Shown: positions 37,655 to 48,193, counted from the first letter of the stretch. The stretch: DNA of 64,000 bases from Acidobacteriota bacterium (GCA_965263035.1 OZ253580.1:3040001-3104000), one strand, 5' to 3'. Program-made: numbers and translations. The notes: a model not told the origin generated them from the sequence alone.

Positions 37655-39097
37655 ATGGAAACCAAGGCGGATATCGGACTCATCGGTTTGGCGGTCATGG
37701 GCCAGAATCTAGTCTTGAACATGGATGATCACGGCTACACGGTGGCGGTCTACAACCGGACGGTCTCGAAAGTGGACGAATTTCTCTCCGGGTCCGCTCG
37801 GGGAACGCGGGTTCTGGGCGCTCATTCCCTGGACGAGTTCGTCGGAATGCTCAAACGGCCGAGGCGGGTCATGCTGATGGTCAAGGCCGGCTGGCCCGTC
37901 GACGAATTCATCCGGCAACTCCTGCTCCATCTGGAGCCGGGAGACATCATCATCGACGGCGGAAACTCCAACTACGAGGACACCCGGCGGAGGGTTTCCC
38001 TGGTGGAGTCCAAGGGCCTTCTGTATATCGGGACCGGGGTCTCCGGAGGCGAGGAGGGAGCCCGGCGAGGCCCGTCCATCATGCCCGGAGGATCCGCCGA
38101 GGCCTGGCCTCAGGTCCGGCCCCTCTTCCAGGCCGTGTCGGCCAAGGTGGACGGGGGCGAACCCTGCTGCGACTGGGTCGGTGACGACGGCGCGGGACAC
38201 TTCGTCAAGATGGTCCACAACGGCATCGAATACGGGGACATGCAGCTCATCTGCGAGGCGTACCATCTGATGAAGGCGGGATTGGGGATGCCCGCGGACG
38301 AGATCAGCCGCGTCTTCGCCCGCTGGAACCGGGGGAGGCTGGATTCCTATCTGATCCGGATCACCCGGGACATTCTGGCGGTCAAGGATGACGATGGAAG
38401 TCCGCTGGTGGAAAAGGTCCTGGATACCGCGGGTCAGAAGGGAACCGGACGGTGGACCGTCATCTCGGCGTTGAACCTGGGCGTGCCTCTCACCCTCATC
38501 GGAGAGGCCGTGCTGGCGCGGGCCCTGTCGGCCATCAAGGAGGATCGGGTCGAAGCCTCCCAGGTGCTGACCGGACCCGGCCCCGCCGGCACCGCGCTTC
38601 GATCCGACCTGGTCGACGACCTGGAGCAAGCCCTCTACGCGTCCAAGATCATCTCCTACGCCCAGGGGTACCAGTTGATGCGGGCGGCCGCGTCCGAATA
38701 CGGTTGGAACCTCGATTTCGGGGGCATCGCCCTGCTGTGGAGAGGGGGTTGCATTATTCGGTCCGTCTTCCTGGGGAAGATCAAGGAGGCCTTCGACCGG
38801 GAGCCGCATCTGAAGAACCTGCTCCTGGATCCCTATTTCAAGGAGCAGGTGGAAGGTGCGCAGGGGTCGTGGCGGCGTGTCGTTTCCCGGGCGGTCCGCT
38901 GGGGAATCCCGGTTCCGGCGACCTCCAGCGCCCTGGCCTTCTACGACGGCTACCGGCAGGCTTGGCTTCCCGCCAACCTGCTGCAGTCCCAGCGGGACTA
39001 CTTCGGCGCCCACACCTACGAGCGTGTGGACCGGCCTCGCGGCGAGTTCTTCCATACCCGCTGGACGGATTCCGTCGAGGCTGAAGTTTCAGACTGA
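37655..39097 (+). CDS. gnd: 6-phosphogluconate dehydrogenase (decarboxylating)
   Basis: IGLIGLAVMG, GVSGGEEGA, HFVKMVHNGIEYGDMQ, QKGTG, QRDYFGAHTY. Confidence 0.97.
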   Translation: METKADIGLIGLAVMGQNLVLNMDDHGYTVAVYNRTVSKVDEFLSGSARGTRVLGAHSLDEFVGMLKRPRRVMLMVKAGWPVDEFIRQLLLHLEPGDIIIDGGNSNYEDTRRRVSLVESKGLLYIGTGVSGGEEGARRGPSIMPGGSAEAWPQVRPLFQAVSAKVDGGEPCCDWVGDDGAGHFVKMVHNGIEYGDMQLICEAYHLMKAGLGMPADEISRVFARWNRGRLDSYLIRITRDILAVKDDDGSPLVEKVLDTAGQKGTGRWTVISALNLGVPLTLIGEAVLARALSAIKEDRVEASQVLTGPGPAGTALRSDLVDDLEQALYASKIISYAQGYQLMRAAASEYGWNLDFGGIALLWRGGCIIRSVFLGKIKEAFDREPHLKNLLLDPYFKEQVEGAQGSWRRVVSRAVRWGIPVPATSSALAFYDGYRQAWLPANLLQSQRDYFGAHTYERVDRPRGEFFHTRWTDSVEAEVSD

Positions 39098-39143
39098 GGA
39101 ACACCATTGGCATAATATGCCAAAGTATTTCTGAATAAGGATC

Positions 39144-39446
39144 ATGCCGACGCGAAACGTCGTTCTCACGGAACAACAGGCAAAGTTCGTCAAGCAGATG
39201 GTTTCCTCGGGGCGCTATCAGAACGCCAGTGAGGTTCTGCGCGAGGGGATCCGACTGATCCAGCGTCAAGAACAGAAATACGAAGCCCAACTGAAGGGGT
39301 TGCGGGAAGCGGCCAAGATCGGAATTGCTGACATCGACTCCGGATGCTTCCAAAGCTTTGACGCGCCGGAACAGCTACGCCGCCACCTGGGAGAATTGGC
39401 CCGCGATGCGATGGGTGAACATTCCCTTGAATCGACCTGGGAGTGA
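39144..39446 (+). CDS. parD: ParD family antitoxin (RHH)
   Basis: MPTRNVVLT...SGRYQNASEVLREGIR. Confidence 0.92.
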   Translation: MPTRNVVLTEQQAKFVKQMVSSGRYQNASEVLREGIRLIQRQEQKYEAQLKGLREAAKIGIADIDSGCFQSFDAPEQLRRHLGELARDAMGEHSLESTWE

Positions 39447-39796
39447 TGATTTCGCGTCGCAGATGGCGTATTCGTATGACGGTCGCGGCCGAGAGAGACT
39501 TCCAGAACATTCTGGTTTGGACTTCTGACCACTTTGGTGGGCGCCAGACTCGCATCTATGCGGATACCCTGAGCCAAGCTATTGAGGCGTTGACGGCAGA
39601 GCCGGACTTGGCCGGGTCCAGGAAGTGCAATGATATCGGCGAAGACATCCGGGTACTTCACGTCGCTCGTGGAGGACGGAGGGGCCGCCATTTCATCCTG
39701 TGCCGTGCCAATTCCCGAGTCGATCCCCCCACAATCGACGTGCTCCGGTTGCTGCATGACTCCATGGATTTACCCCGCCAAGTAGATTCTTCTTGA
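39443..39796 (+). CDS. parE: ParE/RelE family toxin
   Basis: AAERDF.NI..WT...FG..Q...Y, RHFIL.R, VLRLLHDSMDL. Confidence 0.9.
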   Translation: MMISRRRWRIRMTVAAERDFQNILVWTSDHFGGRQTRIYADTLSQAIEALTAEPDLAGSRKCNDIGEDIRVLHVARGGRRGRHFILCRANSRVDPPTIDVLRLLHDSMDLPRQVDSS

Positions 39797-39860
39797 GACC
39801 GTGTCGGCTAACGGATTCTGCTGGTTCGCAATACCAGGAACCCACGGATCCAACGCCGCC

Positions 39861-40739
39861 TCAGACCAGATCCTGGAAGGCTCGAAACAGGGTTCGGTAG
39901 TATCGCATGACCCGGATCGGATCGGTGCTCTCGGGGATCTCGGCCAGGCAGTAGCCCGGGTATTCCAGCTCCCGGAGCAGACGGAACAAGAGCCGCCAGG
40001 GATACTCCTCGACGAAGAGGTCCCTCATGTGGACCAGGGCGATCCGGTCCTTGATCCGGTTGAAGTTGGTCTCCACTCCCCCGTCCAGGAGGTCCGTCTT
40101 GTTGGAGTTCCAACAGATCCGGACGTTGTCGTGATCCGCGTAGTCCAACATCTTGCGGATGCGGGGGATGCGGCCGGTCTCGCGTCCGTGAACCTCCATC
40201 CGGATCTGGACGCCCCAGCCGTTGCCGAAGGCTCCGCATTCCCTCAGGGCCAGTCCGATCTGTTCCAGGGTCCTCTCCTCCGGGACCCCCTCGGGAAGAC
40301 CGTTGGGGCGCACCTTGACGCCGGGGGCTCCGACGTCGTGGGCCAGCCGGACAAAGGCCTTGGTCTCTTCGATGTTGCGGCGCAGGACTTCCGGATCGGG
40401 TGAGTGATACTCGCAGGCGCTGCCCAGGCCGACCAGACGGACCGGTGAATCCTGAAATCGCATCATCACCTCCCGGCGCTTCTCGGGAGAAATGTCGATC
40501 TCGACGCCATGGGCGTGGGTGCTGCGCAGCTCGACCCCCTCGAACCCGGTTTCGGTGCAGTTGCGGATGAGCGTCTCCAGATCCCAATTCCGGCCCAGGT
40601 TGTAGGTGACCGTTCCCAGACGCAGGGGAGGCTTCCGGGCGGGCTGCCGGGTCGCAACGGGCAAGGCGGAAGTTTCTCCGGTCCGGAGTCCGGCCGACAC
40701 CGATGCCGTCGCAGCCCCCAGAAATCGTCTTCTTTCCAT
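39861..40739 (-). CDS. Tat-exported sugar phosphate isomerase/epimerase (TIM barrel)
   Basis: MERRRFL twin-Arg signal, GFEGVELR, MEVHG, CWNS, VHMRD. Confidence 0.88.
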   Translation of the reverse strand: MERRRFLGAATASVSAGLRTGETSALPVATRQPARKPPLRLGTVTYNLGRNWDLETLIRNCTETGFEGVELRSTHAHGVEIDISPEKRREVMMRFQDSPVRLVGLGSACEYHSPDPEVLRRNIEETKAFVRLAHDVGAPGVKVRPNGLPEGVPEERTLEQIGLALRECGAFGNGWGVQIRMEVHGRETGRIPRIRKMLDYADHDNVRICWNSNKTDLLDGGVETNFNRIKDRIALVHMRDLFVEEYPWRLLFRLLRELEYPGYCLAEIPESTDPIRVMRYYRTLFRAFQDLV

Positions 40740-40757
40740 GGTTCTCTCCCTGATTAA

Positions 40758-40918
40758 CAGTCCGTGGTGAAAGTCCCGCGTAGCACCGAGACCGGGGCTG
40801 GGCCCGCCGGACAAGGCGCGACGAGGGAGCATATTCGACCATATGTGACCGAGTCGCAACGCAGTCCGCGCACGATGCAGACTCGGTCGAATGCCGCGAC
40901 GACTTTTGCCGCGGGCTG
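40758..40918. mobile_element. MITE, 161 bp
   Basis: Terminal IRs CAGTCCGTGGTGAAAGTC and rc CAGCCCGCGGCAAAAGTC (14/18 match), non-coding, internal palindromes, second copy at 36921. Confidence 0.7.
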
Positions 40919-40942
40919 GTATGCTCCCGTGCGGACTCGGCG

Positions 40943-41482
40943 TTACCGGTGCCCCGCCGCCAACAGTTCCTGGTAACTTCTGATGGTGCCGCCGCGGCTG
41001 CGTTGGAAGTCCAGGGCGCTCCGGCGGTCCTTGAACGCGACCAGGCCGGGCAGGCACCGGTCCCAGGCCAGAGTGTACTGGTGGCCGGATCCATCCTCCC
41101 GGGGCCGTTCCAGCGAGCAGCATTGGCGGATCGAGCTGTCTTCGACGTAGACGGCCTGCTCGGCGGGGAAGAGCTCTCCTGTGGCGACGTCTCCAATCCA
41201 CGCCTCTTTCACCCGCTGGCCGTTCAGCTCTTGGTAATGGAGCCCGCAACGAGGACAGCAGACATCGAGATCGTCTCCCCCGGAAAGTACGATTCGGTAG
41301 GTCGAGGCTCCATGCAGAGGTCTCTGGCAGACGGCGCAGATTCCGGACTCCAGCGTGTACAGGAAATAGGTGCTGCCGGCCAGCACCAGAAACGCCAGTA
41401 GGAGCGCGGTTCCTCGAAGCACCTTGGGGCCTCTTCCGGCCCGCCTGGCCGGAGCGTCGGGTGGCGGCCCATTTTTCTTCAT
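40943..41482 (-). CDS. membrane-anchored NosL/TRASH-like metal-binding protein
   Basis: TM helix, CAVC, CCPRC, CC, and a LVAF.....A..F....GG..Y tail typical of NosL. Confidence 0.65.
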   Translation of the reverse strand: MKKNGPPPDAPARRAGRGPKVLRGTALLLAFLVLAGSTYFLYTLESGICAVCQRPLHGASTYRIVLSGGDDLDVCCPRCGLHYQELNGQRVKEAWIGDVATGELFPAEQAVYVEDSSIRQCCSLERPREDGSGHQYTLAWDRCLPGLVAFKDRRSALDFQRSRGGTIRSYQELLAAGHR

Positions 41483-41521
41483 GACACAGTCACCCTGGGG
41501 GCCGGTCCACGCTTGCAAAGA

Positions 41522-42202
41522 CTACGGCATCTCACGGCGAAGTTTCTCATAGTATGCCTGATCCAGAGGCTCCTTGAGCTGAAAGCGAAAGACCCGCATC
41601 TTGTCGAAGTTGCGGCGGTTCTCTTCGAAGGTCCGGATCTCCAGCTCGTACCGTTGCGAGGACCAGACGTTGGCCACGTCCCGATCCTTTCTCCATTTCC
41701 TCGAATCCGACGAGTCCTCGCTGTCGTAGACGATGTACTCCGGTCCGAAATAGAGCGTGCCTTCGCAGCCTCCGAGAGTGTGCTTGTGCTTGGCCGGGAC
41801 CCGGTACTCGGCGTGAATCGGATCGGTCACGCGATCGGTCACCGGTTTCTTCAGCTTGCCGGAGATGAGCGACAGTGTCCGGTCGGAAAATGTCTGATCA
41901 GGAGACAGCAGCTCGAAGTCGAAAACCTTGTCCTGGCCCAGGCGGAGCTTCTGGTCTTCGTAGGTGAGCACGCTCAGGCGGGACGGCGACTTTCGGTCCA
42001 CGCTCTGGATGTCCTGCCAGACCCATTTCCGGTTGTGGCCCATCTTTTTCGGCGACCGGTATTCGATCCCCTCCCGGTCGATGATCAATTCTCCCTCGCA
42101 CTTGCCCCAGGGATCGTGGTCGTGCCTGACCCGCATCGAATTTCCCCAGGCCCCGGTGGCGAAACAGAGTAGTGTCAGGAGAGCGAACGGACTTTGCTTC
42201 AT
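41522..42202 (-). CDS. secreted protein with two tandem HxH-x-GxCEG domains
   Basis: Signal peptide; repeats RHDHDPWGKCEGEL and KHKHTLGGCEGTL; ATG overlaps the cusA stop. Confidence 0.7.
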   Translation of the reverse strand: MKQSPFALLTLLCFATGAWGNSMRVRHDHDPWGKCEGELIIDREGIEYRSPKKMGHNRKWVWQDIQSVDRKSPSRLSVLTYEDQKLRLGQDKVFDFELLSPDQTFSDRTLSLISGKLKKPVTDRVTDPIHAEYRVPAKHKHTLGGCEGTLYFGPEYIVYDSEDSSDSRKWRKDRDVANVWSSQRYELEIRTFEENRRNFDKMRVFRFQLKEPLDQAYYEKLRREMP

Positions 42203-45200
42203 TTCAGGTTCCAACCCTTCCAGATGTAGTAGATGACGGGGTAGACACAGAGTTCCAGGAGGACGGAAGTCGTCACCCCGCCGACCATGGGTGCGGCGAT
42301 TCTCTTCATGACGTCCGCGCCGGCTCCATGGCTCCACATGATGGGAATGAGACCCGCCAGGATGATGCAGGCCGTCATCACCTTGGGGCGCACACGGTGG
42401 ACCGCGCCCTCGCGGATGCAACCGGTCAGATCCGAAAGCCGCTGCATACGACCCTCCCGGACGGCCTTCCCGTAGGCCACGTTCAGGTAGAGTAGCATCA
42501 CCACGCCGGTTTCCGCATCCAGTCCCATCAGGGCGATGATGCCGACCCAGACCGCAACGCTCATGTTGTAGTCGAGCAGGTAGAGGAGCCAGAACGCACC
42601 CACCAGGGAGAAGGGGACCGCCAGAAACACGATGGCCGTCTCGAAGACGGAGCGCGTGTTCAGGTAGATGATGACGAAGACGATCAACAGGGTCATGGGG
42701 ACCACGGCCATGAGGTGCTGCCGGGTCCGCACCATGTGTTCGTACTGACCGCTCCAGACCACGTTGTATCCGTCAGGAACCTCGACTTGGCCCGCGACGG
42801 CCTGGCGGGCCATCTTCACGTAGCTCCCCACGTCGATGTCCGCCAGGTCGACGTAGATCCAGGCGTTGGGACGGGAGTTCTCCGTCTTGATGGCAGTCGG
42901 CCCCTTGCGAATCCGGATGGAGGCAAGCTCGCCCATGGGGATCTGCGGCCCGAGTGGCGTGGGGACCAGGATCTCCCGGAGGGCGGGAAGGTTGTCCCGG
43001 AGTTCCCGGCTGTAGCGTAGATTCACCGGATAGCGTTCCAGACCCTCGACGGTGGTGGTGATGTTCATTCCGCCGATGGCCGACTGGATCACATCCTGAA
43101 CGTCGCCCACGGTGAGCCCGTAGCGGGCAATGGCGTCCCGCCGGATGTCGAAGTCCAGGTAGTTGCCCTCCATGACCCGCTCCGAGTAGACGGAGAGGGT
43201 GCCGGGCAGGTGGCGGACCACCGCCTCGATCTCCTGCCCCAGGTTCTGGAGCACGGAAAGGTCCGGTCCCGACAACTTGATCCCGACCGGTGTCTTGATT
43301 CCGGTGGAGAGCATGGCGATCCGGGTCTTGATGGGCATGGTCCAGGTGTTGGTGAGCCCGGGGAACTGAATCGCCTGGTTCAACTCGTCGATGAGAGCGT
43401 CCGGGGTCATGCCGGGGCGCCACTCGGACTCGGGTTTGAGCATGATGGTGGTCTCGATCATGCTCAGGGGGGCAGGGTCGGTAGCCGTGTCGGCTCGACC
43501 GATCTTCCCGAAGACGCGGTCGACCTCAGGGAAGGACGCGATGATCTTGTCTGTCCGCTGCAGGATCTCTCTGGCCTTGGTGGTGGAGATTCCGGGAAGG
43601 GTGGTCGGCATGTAGAGCAGGTCGCCTTCGTAGAGGGGCGGCATGAACTCGGAGCCCAGGCGGGAGTAGGGAAACCAGGTCAACCCCAAGGCCCCGGCGG
43701 TGAGGAGCAGGACCGTCCATTTCCACCTCAGCAGGAGACGGAGCACCGGGTCGTAGATTCGGATCAGGATACGGCTGAGGGGATTCTTTTTCTCGGAACG
43801 GATCCGGCCCCGAATCCAGTAACCCATGAGGACCGGTACCAGAGTGATCGCCAGAATCGAAGCCGCCGCCATGGACCAGGTCTTGGTGAAGGCCAACGGC
43901 TTGAAGAGCCTCCCTTCCTGGGCCTCCAGCGTGAAGACGGGAATGAAGGAGACGGTGATGACCAGCATGGCGAAGAAGAGGGTGGGGCCGACCTCCTTGG
44001 AGGCGTCGGCGATGATCTCCCAGTGGTCCTTGCTGCCACGATCCGCCTCCAGGTGCTTGTGGGCGTTCTCGATCATGATGACGGCGCCGTCGACCATGGC
44101 CCCGATGGCGATGGCAATGCCCCCCAGAGACATGATGTTGGCGTCGATCCCCTGCCGCTCCATGACGATGAAGGAGATCAGGACTGCCACCGGCAAGGTG
44201 ATGATGGCCACCAGCGAGGAGCGCAAATGGAGTAGAAACAGGATGCACACCAGGGCGACCGCCAGTCCCTCTTCCAGGAGTTTCTTCCCCAGTGTCTTCA
44301 CCGCCCGTTCGATCAGGGCCGACCGGTCGTAGACGGTCAGGATCTCGACGTCCTCGGGCAGACCCTGCCGCAGCTCTTCCAACTTCTCCTTGATTCGTCG
44401 AATGACCTGGTGGGTATTGGCCCCGGATCGCACCACGACGATTCCGCCGACCACTTCTCCCTCGCCGTTGAATTCGGCTATCCCCCGCCGCATTTCGGGT
44501 CCCATCTGGACCGTGGCCACGTCTCTCAGGAGAATCGGCGTTCCGGTCGGTGACACCGCCAGCGCAATCTCCCGGAGGTCCGCCACGTCCCGGATATATC
44601 CGCGGCCGCGGATCATGAACTCGGTTTCCGACATCTCCAGGACCCGCCCCCCCACTTCGCTGTTGCTCCGCTGGACGGCTTGGCGAATCCTGGAGATGGG
44701 AATGTCGTAGGCCCGGAGCTTGTTGGGATCCACGGTGATCTGGTACTGCTTGACGAAGCCGCCGACGCCCGCCACTTCCGATACGCCGTCGACCGAGGTG
44801 AGCTCGTACTTGAGGAACCAGTCCTGGATGCTGCGAAGGTCGGCCAGATTTCTCCGGTCCGACTTGAGGACGTACATGAAGGCCCAGCCGACGCCGCTGG
44901 CGTCCGGGCCCAGGGTGGGGCTCACTCCTTCGGGAAGACGGGTGCTGACGTAGTTCAGGGACTCCAGCACCCGGCTTCGGGCCCAGTACATGTCCGTCCC
45001 GTCTTCGAAGATGACGTAGACGAAGGAATAACCGAAGAAAGAGTACCCACGCACGGCCTTCGAATAGGGCACGGAGAGCATCTGGGTGGTGATGGGGTAG
45101 GTCAACTGGTCTTCCACCACCTGCGGGGCTTGGCCCGGATACTCGGTGTAGATGATCACCTGGACGTCGGAGAGGTCCGGAATGGCGTCCAGAGCCGTCC

Positions 45201-45297
45201 TCCGTAAGGAATATAGTCCGGCCAGGATGACGAATCCGGTGGCCAGGATGACCAGGAGGCGGTTTTCCAGGGACCAGTCGATGATTTTCCCAAGCAT
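42199..45297 (-). CDS. cusA: CusA/CzcA heavy-metal RND efflux permease
   Basis: LDAIPDLSDVQVII, NIMSLGGIAIAIGAMVD, EFMPPL.EGDLLYMP, RVRPKVMT. Confidence 0.95.
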   Translation of the reverse strand: MLGKIIDWSLENRLLVILATGFVILAGLYSLRRTALDAIPDLSDVQVIIYTEYPGQAPQVVEDQLTYPITTQMLSVPYSKAVRGYSFFGYSFVYVIFEDGTDMYWARSRVLESLNYVSTRLPEGVSPTLGPDASGVGWAFMYVLKSDRRNLADLRSIQDWFLKYELTSVDGVSEVAGVGGFVKQYQITVDPNKLRAYDIPISRIRQAVQRSNSEVGGRVLEMSETEFMIRGRGYIRDVADLREIALAVSPTGTPILLRDVATVQMGPEMRRGIAEFNGEGEVVGGIVVVRSGANTHQVIRRIKEKLEELRQGLPEDVEILTVYDRSALIERAVKTLGKKLLEEGLAVALVCILFLLHLRSSLVAIITLPVAVLISFIVMERQGIDANIMSLGGIAIAIGAMVDGAVIMIENAHKHLEADRGSKDHWEIIADASKEVGPTLFFAMLVITVSFIPVFTLEAQEGRLFKPLAFTKTWSMAAASILAITLVPVLMGYWIRGRIRSEKKNPLSRILIRIYDPVLRLLLRWKWTVLLLTAGALGLTWFPYSRLGSEFMPPLYEGDLLYMPTTLPGISTTKAREILQRTDKIIASFPEVDRVFGKIGRADTATDPAPLSMIETTIMLKPESEWRPGMTPDALIDELNQAIQFPGLTNTWTMPIKTRIAMLSTGIKTPVGIKLSGPDLSVLQNLGQEIEAVVRHLPGTLSVYSERVMEGNYLDFDIRRDAIARYGLTVGDVQDVIQSAIGGMNITTTVEGLERYPVNLRYSRELRDNLPALREILVPTPLGPQIPMGELASIRIRKGPTAIKTENSRPNAWIYVDLADIDVGSYVKMARQAVAGQVEVPDGYNVVWSGQYEHMVRTRQHLMAVVPMTLLIVFVIIYLNTRSVFETAIVFLAVPFSLVGAFWLLYLLDYNMSVAVWVGIIALMGLDAETGVVMLLYLNVAYGKAVREGRMQRLSDLTGCIREGAVHRVRPKVMTACIILAGLIPIMWSHGAGADVMKRIAAPMVGGVTTSVLLELCVYPVIYYIWKGWNLK

Positions 45298-45323
45298 TTC
45301 TCAGATCACCGTGGGTTGGACCT

Positions 45324-46829
45324 TCAGTGCTGATGATGCATGGAGGATCCCGTGTCCCCCGTGGCGCCCGTGGAGTTCGGAGAGACGATTTTCCGAATGG
45401 CCTCCTTCAGGCGGCTCTCCGAATCGATGAGGAATTGGGAAGAGATCACGACCCGATCACCCTCGGACAGACCCTTCCTCACTTCCCAGAATCCATTGCC
45501 GTTTCTGCCCAGCACCACCTCCCGGACCTGGAAGGCTCCATTTCCCAGATCCAGGACCACCAGGTTCCGGCGGCCGCTGTGGATCACCGAGTCCTCGGGC
45601 ACCGCCAGTGCGCCGCGGACCGATGACACGTCGAAGGTGACGTTGGCGTACATGTCTGCGCGAAGGCTCGGATCGGGATCCACCAACTCCACCGACACCT
45701 TGAGAGTCCGGGTCCGGCCGCTGAAGGCGGGGGACAGGAACCGGACGGCGCCGCGAAATTTTCGTCCCGGTTGGGTAGGAATCTCGATGGAGGCGGTCTG
45801 TCCGGTCTGCAGCCAGGGAATCTGATGCTCGTAAACCTCCGCCTCCACCCAGAGGCTGGAAGGATCGGCGATCTTGTAGAGGTTCATTCCGGGACGGACT
45901 CTCATCCCCTCCAACGCCTTGTCCATTTTCTCCACCACGACTCCGCTGACCGGCGAGACCAGGGTGACGGTGTGCCGGGGCTCACGGGACTCTTCCAACT
46001 GGCGGATCTGGTCCGAATCGACGTCCCAGTGATCCAGCCGGCGCCGGCTGGAATCCACCAGTGATCGGGCCCGCTCGGCGACCTCGGGGTACTGGTTTCC
46101 GCTGAGCCGCGCAGCGTATTCCATGGCCTGCAGATACTCCTGCTGACTGGTCACCAGTTCGGGGCTGTAGATCTCCAGAAGCTTCTGGCCTCTCTCGACC
46201 GCCTCACCCACGTAGTTGACGTGGGCCTTCTCGATCCAACCGTCGTATTTGGTGTTGATCCAGGCCATCTTCGCTTCGTCGTAAACCAGGTTTCCCACGG
46301 TTCGGATGGTGAACGAGAGATCGGCCCGCCGAACTGCGACCCACTGCACGCCGAAGCTCTGGACGAAAGACGGGTCGATTCGAACGACGTCCCGATGACG
46401 GATCCCGGATTCCGTTTCCGGAACTTCCGGCTGTCCGTTGTCTGCGGTGCGAGTCGCCGTTTCGCCGGACCCGCCGGCGTCGCCGCTGGAGCCATGCGAG
46501 AGTCGGGAATGGGACATGACATGGTCTGTCCCGGAGCCTTCCCGTTGGGTCTCAGCGCCCTCCCGGCCACCGGTCGATCCTTTCAACGGACTCAGGCGCA
46601 TCCCGCAGAGCGGACAGCTTCCCGGCCCTTGCCGGATCACCTGGGGATGCATGCCGCAGGTCCAGAGCTGTCCCTTTCGGGAATCCCGTTGGGGAGACAA
46701 AATGCTGAACCAGGAGGGGACTCCCGTCCGGATCCGATGGGTCAGGCGCCAATCGAATGGATCCACCAGGATCAGGGCGGTTGCCGCCAGAAGAAACAGC
46801 AAGACCGGTAGAACCCTTCTTTTCATCAA
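45324..46829 (-). CDS. cusB: CusB-type RND periplasmic adaptor with heavy-metal-binding domain
   Basis: WTCGMHPQV...CPLCGM, YSPELVTSQQEY, SSQFLIDSESRL, His-rich tail. Confidence 0.92.
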   Translation of the reverse strand: MMKRRVLPVLLFLLAATALILVDPFDWRLTHRIRTGVPSWFSILSPQRDSRKGQLWTCGMHPQVIRQGPGSCPLCGMRLSPLKGSTGGREGAETQREGSGTDHVMSHSRLSHGSSGDAGGSGETATRTADNGQPEVPETESGIRHRDVVRIDPSFVQSFGVQWVAVRRADLSFTIRTVGNLVYDEAKMAWINTKYDGWIEKAHVNYVGEAVERGQKLLEIYSPELVTSQQEYLQAMEYAARLSGNQYPEVAERARSLVDSSRRRLDHWDVDSDQIRQLEESREPRHTVTLVSPVSGVVVEKMDKALEGMRVRPGMNLYKIADPSSLWVEAEVYEHQIPWLQTGQTASIEIPTQPGRKFRGAVRFLSPAFSGRTRTLKVSVELVDPDPSLRADMYANVTFDVSSVRGALAVPEDSVIHSGRRNLVVLDLGNGAFQVREVVLGRNGNGFWEVRKGLSEGDRVVISSQFLIDSESRLKEAIRKIVSPNSTGATGDTGSSMHHQH

Positions 46830-48166
46830 TCTTCTCCCGGTCCGGGGTACCGTGTTCCGACGGCTCGCTCCATTGCCGCCAGGGCCTGCATATAGTCGGC
46901 CTGGTGGCGAGCCTGGAGCACGCGCGTTTCCAACAGGGACCGTTCGCTGTCCAAAAGCTCCAGGGCTCCCAACTGCGCGTTCCGGTATCCGGATTCGGCG
47001 GAACGGAGTGCCTCCCGGGTCTGGGGAATCAGGACCCGTTCAAACAGGTCCATCTGTCTCCACAGGGTCTGGATCCGAACCGCCGAGTCCCGGATGGAGA
47101 GTTGAATCCGGTTTCGCAGACTTCGATAGGTGCTGCGTTCGGCGATCAGGTTTTCCGCGGCCTCCATCACCTCCGCGCGGTATTTGTGCCTTTGGAGGGG
47201 AATGTTGATGCCCACCGAGAGGTTGTAGGCATTCTTGCCGCCGCCGGGACGAGGTGCCGGAAGCAAGTCCTGGGGCGGAAGACCCCCCACGTTGACGGTC
47301 CCCGCACTCAGTGTGAAATCCGGCCAGAAACTCTTCTTGGCCAGTTCCACGCCCTGCTCCGAAGCTTCGATCCGAGCCATGGTCCCCTTGAGTTCCTGCC
47401 GGTGAATCTTCCCCAGCTCGTACAATTCATCCAAGTTGATACTGACCTTCGTCGCAGCGGGAAGCAGGAGTCGAGGCACGGGTTTTTCCGGAGGCTGGTC
47501 CAGCAGGCTGTTCAGTCGTGCCGCCGCCGATTGGCGTTGTTGTCCCAGCAGCTCCAGCCGGCTCATGGTGCGGCTGATCTCGGCCTGGATCCGGATCACC
47601 TCCTGCTGGTGTCCCTTGCCCGAAGCGTAACGGGCCTGAGCCAGATCCTCGTAGTGATCCAGCAGGGATTGCTCCTCCCGTACGATTTCCAGGGCCCGGT
47701 CCAGATAGGCTACGTCGTAGAAGTTTCGCTTCACGCCGGCGGCGACTTCCCTTTCCCGGGCGCGGTAGAGCCGGTATCGGGCCGCCGCCCGTTTGAAGGC
47801 GATCTTGCCTTTCAGGTCCAGCTTTCCGAACCAGGGAAACTGCTGACTGAGCGTGAGCGTGCTCAGTTGAGGACCTTCCCGGGTTTCTACGCTGCGAAGG
47901 TAGCGGCCGAAGCTCACCATGGGATCGGGAAGAGCGGTCTGCTGGGGCACCTTCTGGAGAGCCGCACGGTAACGGGCCAGCCCGGTCAGGATGGAGGGGT
48001 TGGAGTCGAGGGCGGTGCGAATGTACTCACCCAGCAGCGGGTCCGGGATGTGGAAGGCTTGTCCCGGATCCGGCTGAGCTCCAATGGCTCCCGGGTGCCC
48101 TGCAAGGAGGAGGCAGAGTCCCGGCAAAACGGCCGTCAGGATTGGGGGCGTCGATCTTTTTCTCAT
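46826..48166 (-). CDS. TolC/CusC family outer-membrane efflux protein
   Basis: ALPDPMV, SQQFPWFGKL, signal peptide; first gene of the RND operon. Confidence 0.9.
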   Translation of the reverse strand: MRKRSTPPILTAVLPGLCLLLAGHPGAIGAQPDPGQAFHIPDPLLGEYIRTALDSNPSILTGLARYRAALQKVPQQTALPDPMVSFGRYLRSVETREGPQLSTLTLSQQFPWFGKLDLKGKIAFKRAAARYRLYRAREREVAAGVKRNFYDVAYLDRALEIVREEQSLLDHYEDLAQARYASGKGHQQEVIRIQAEISRTMSRLELLGQQRQSAAARLNSLLDQPPEKPVPRLLLPAATKVSINLDELYELGKIHRQELKGTMARIEASEQGVELAKKSFWPDFTLSAGTVNVGGLPPQDLLPAPRPGGGKNAYNLSVGINIPLQRHKYRAEVMEAAENLIAERSTYRSLRNRIQLSIRDSAVRIQTLWRQMDLFERVLIPQTREALRSAESGYRNAQLGALELLDSERSLLETRVLQARHQADYMQALAAMERAVGTRYPGPGED

Positions 48167-48193
48167 CTTGGACCCGTCACGATCGTTTTCATA

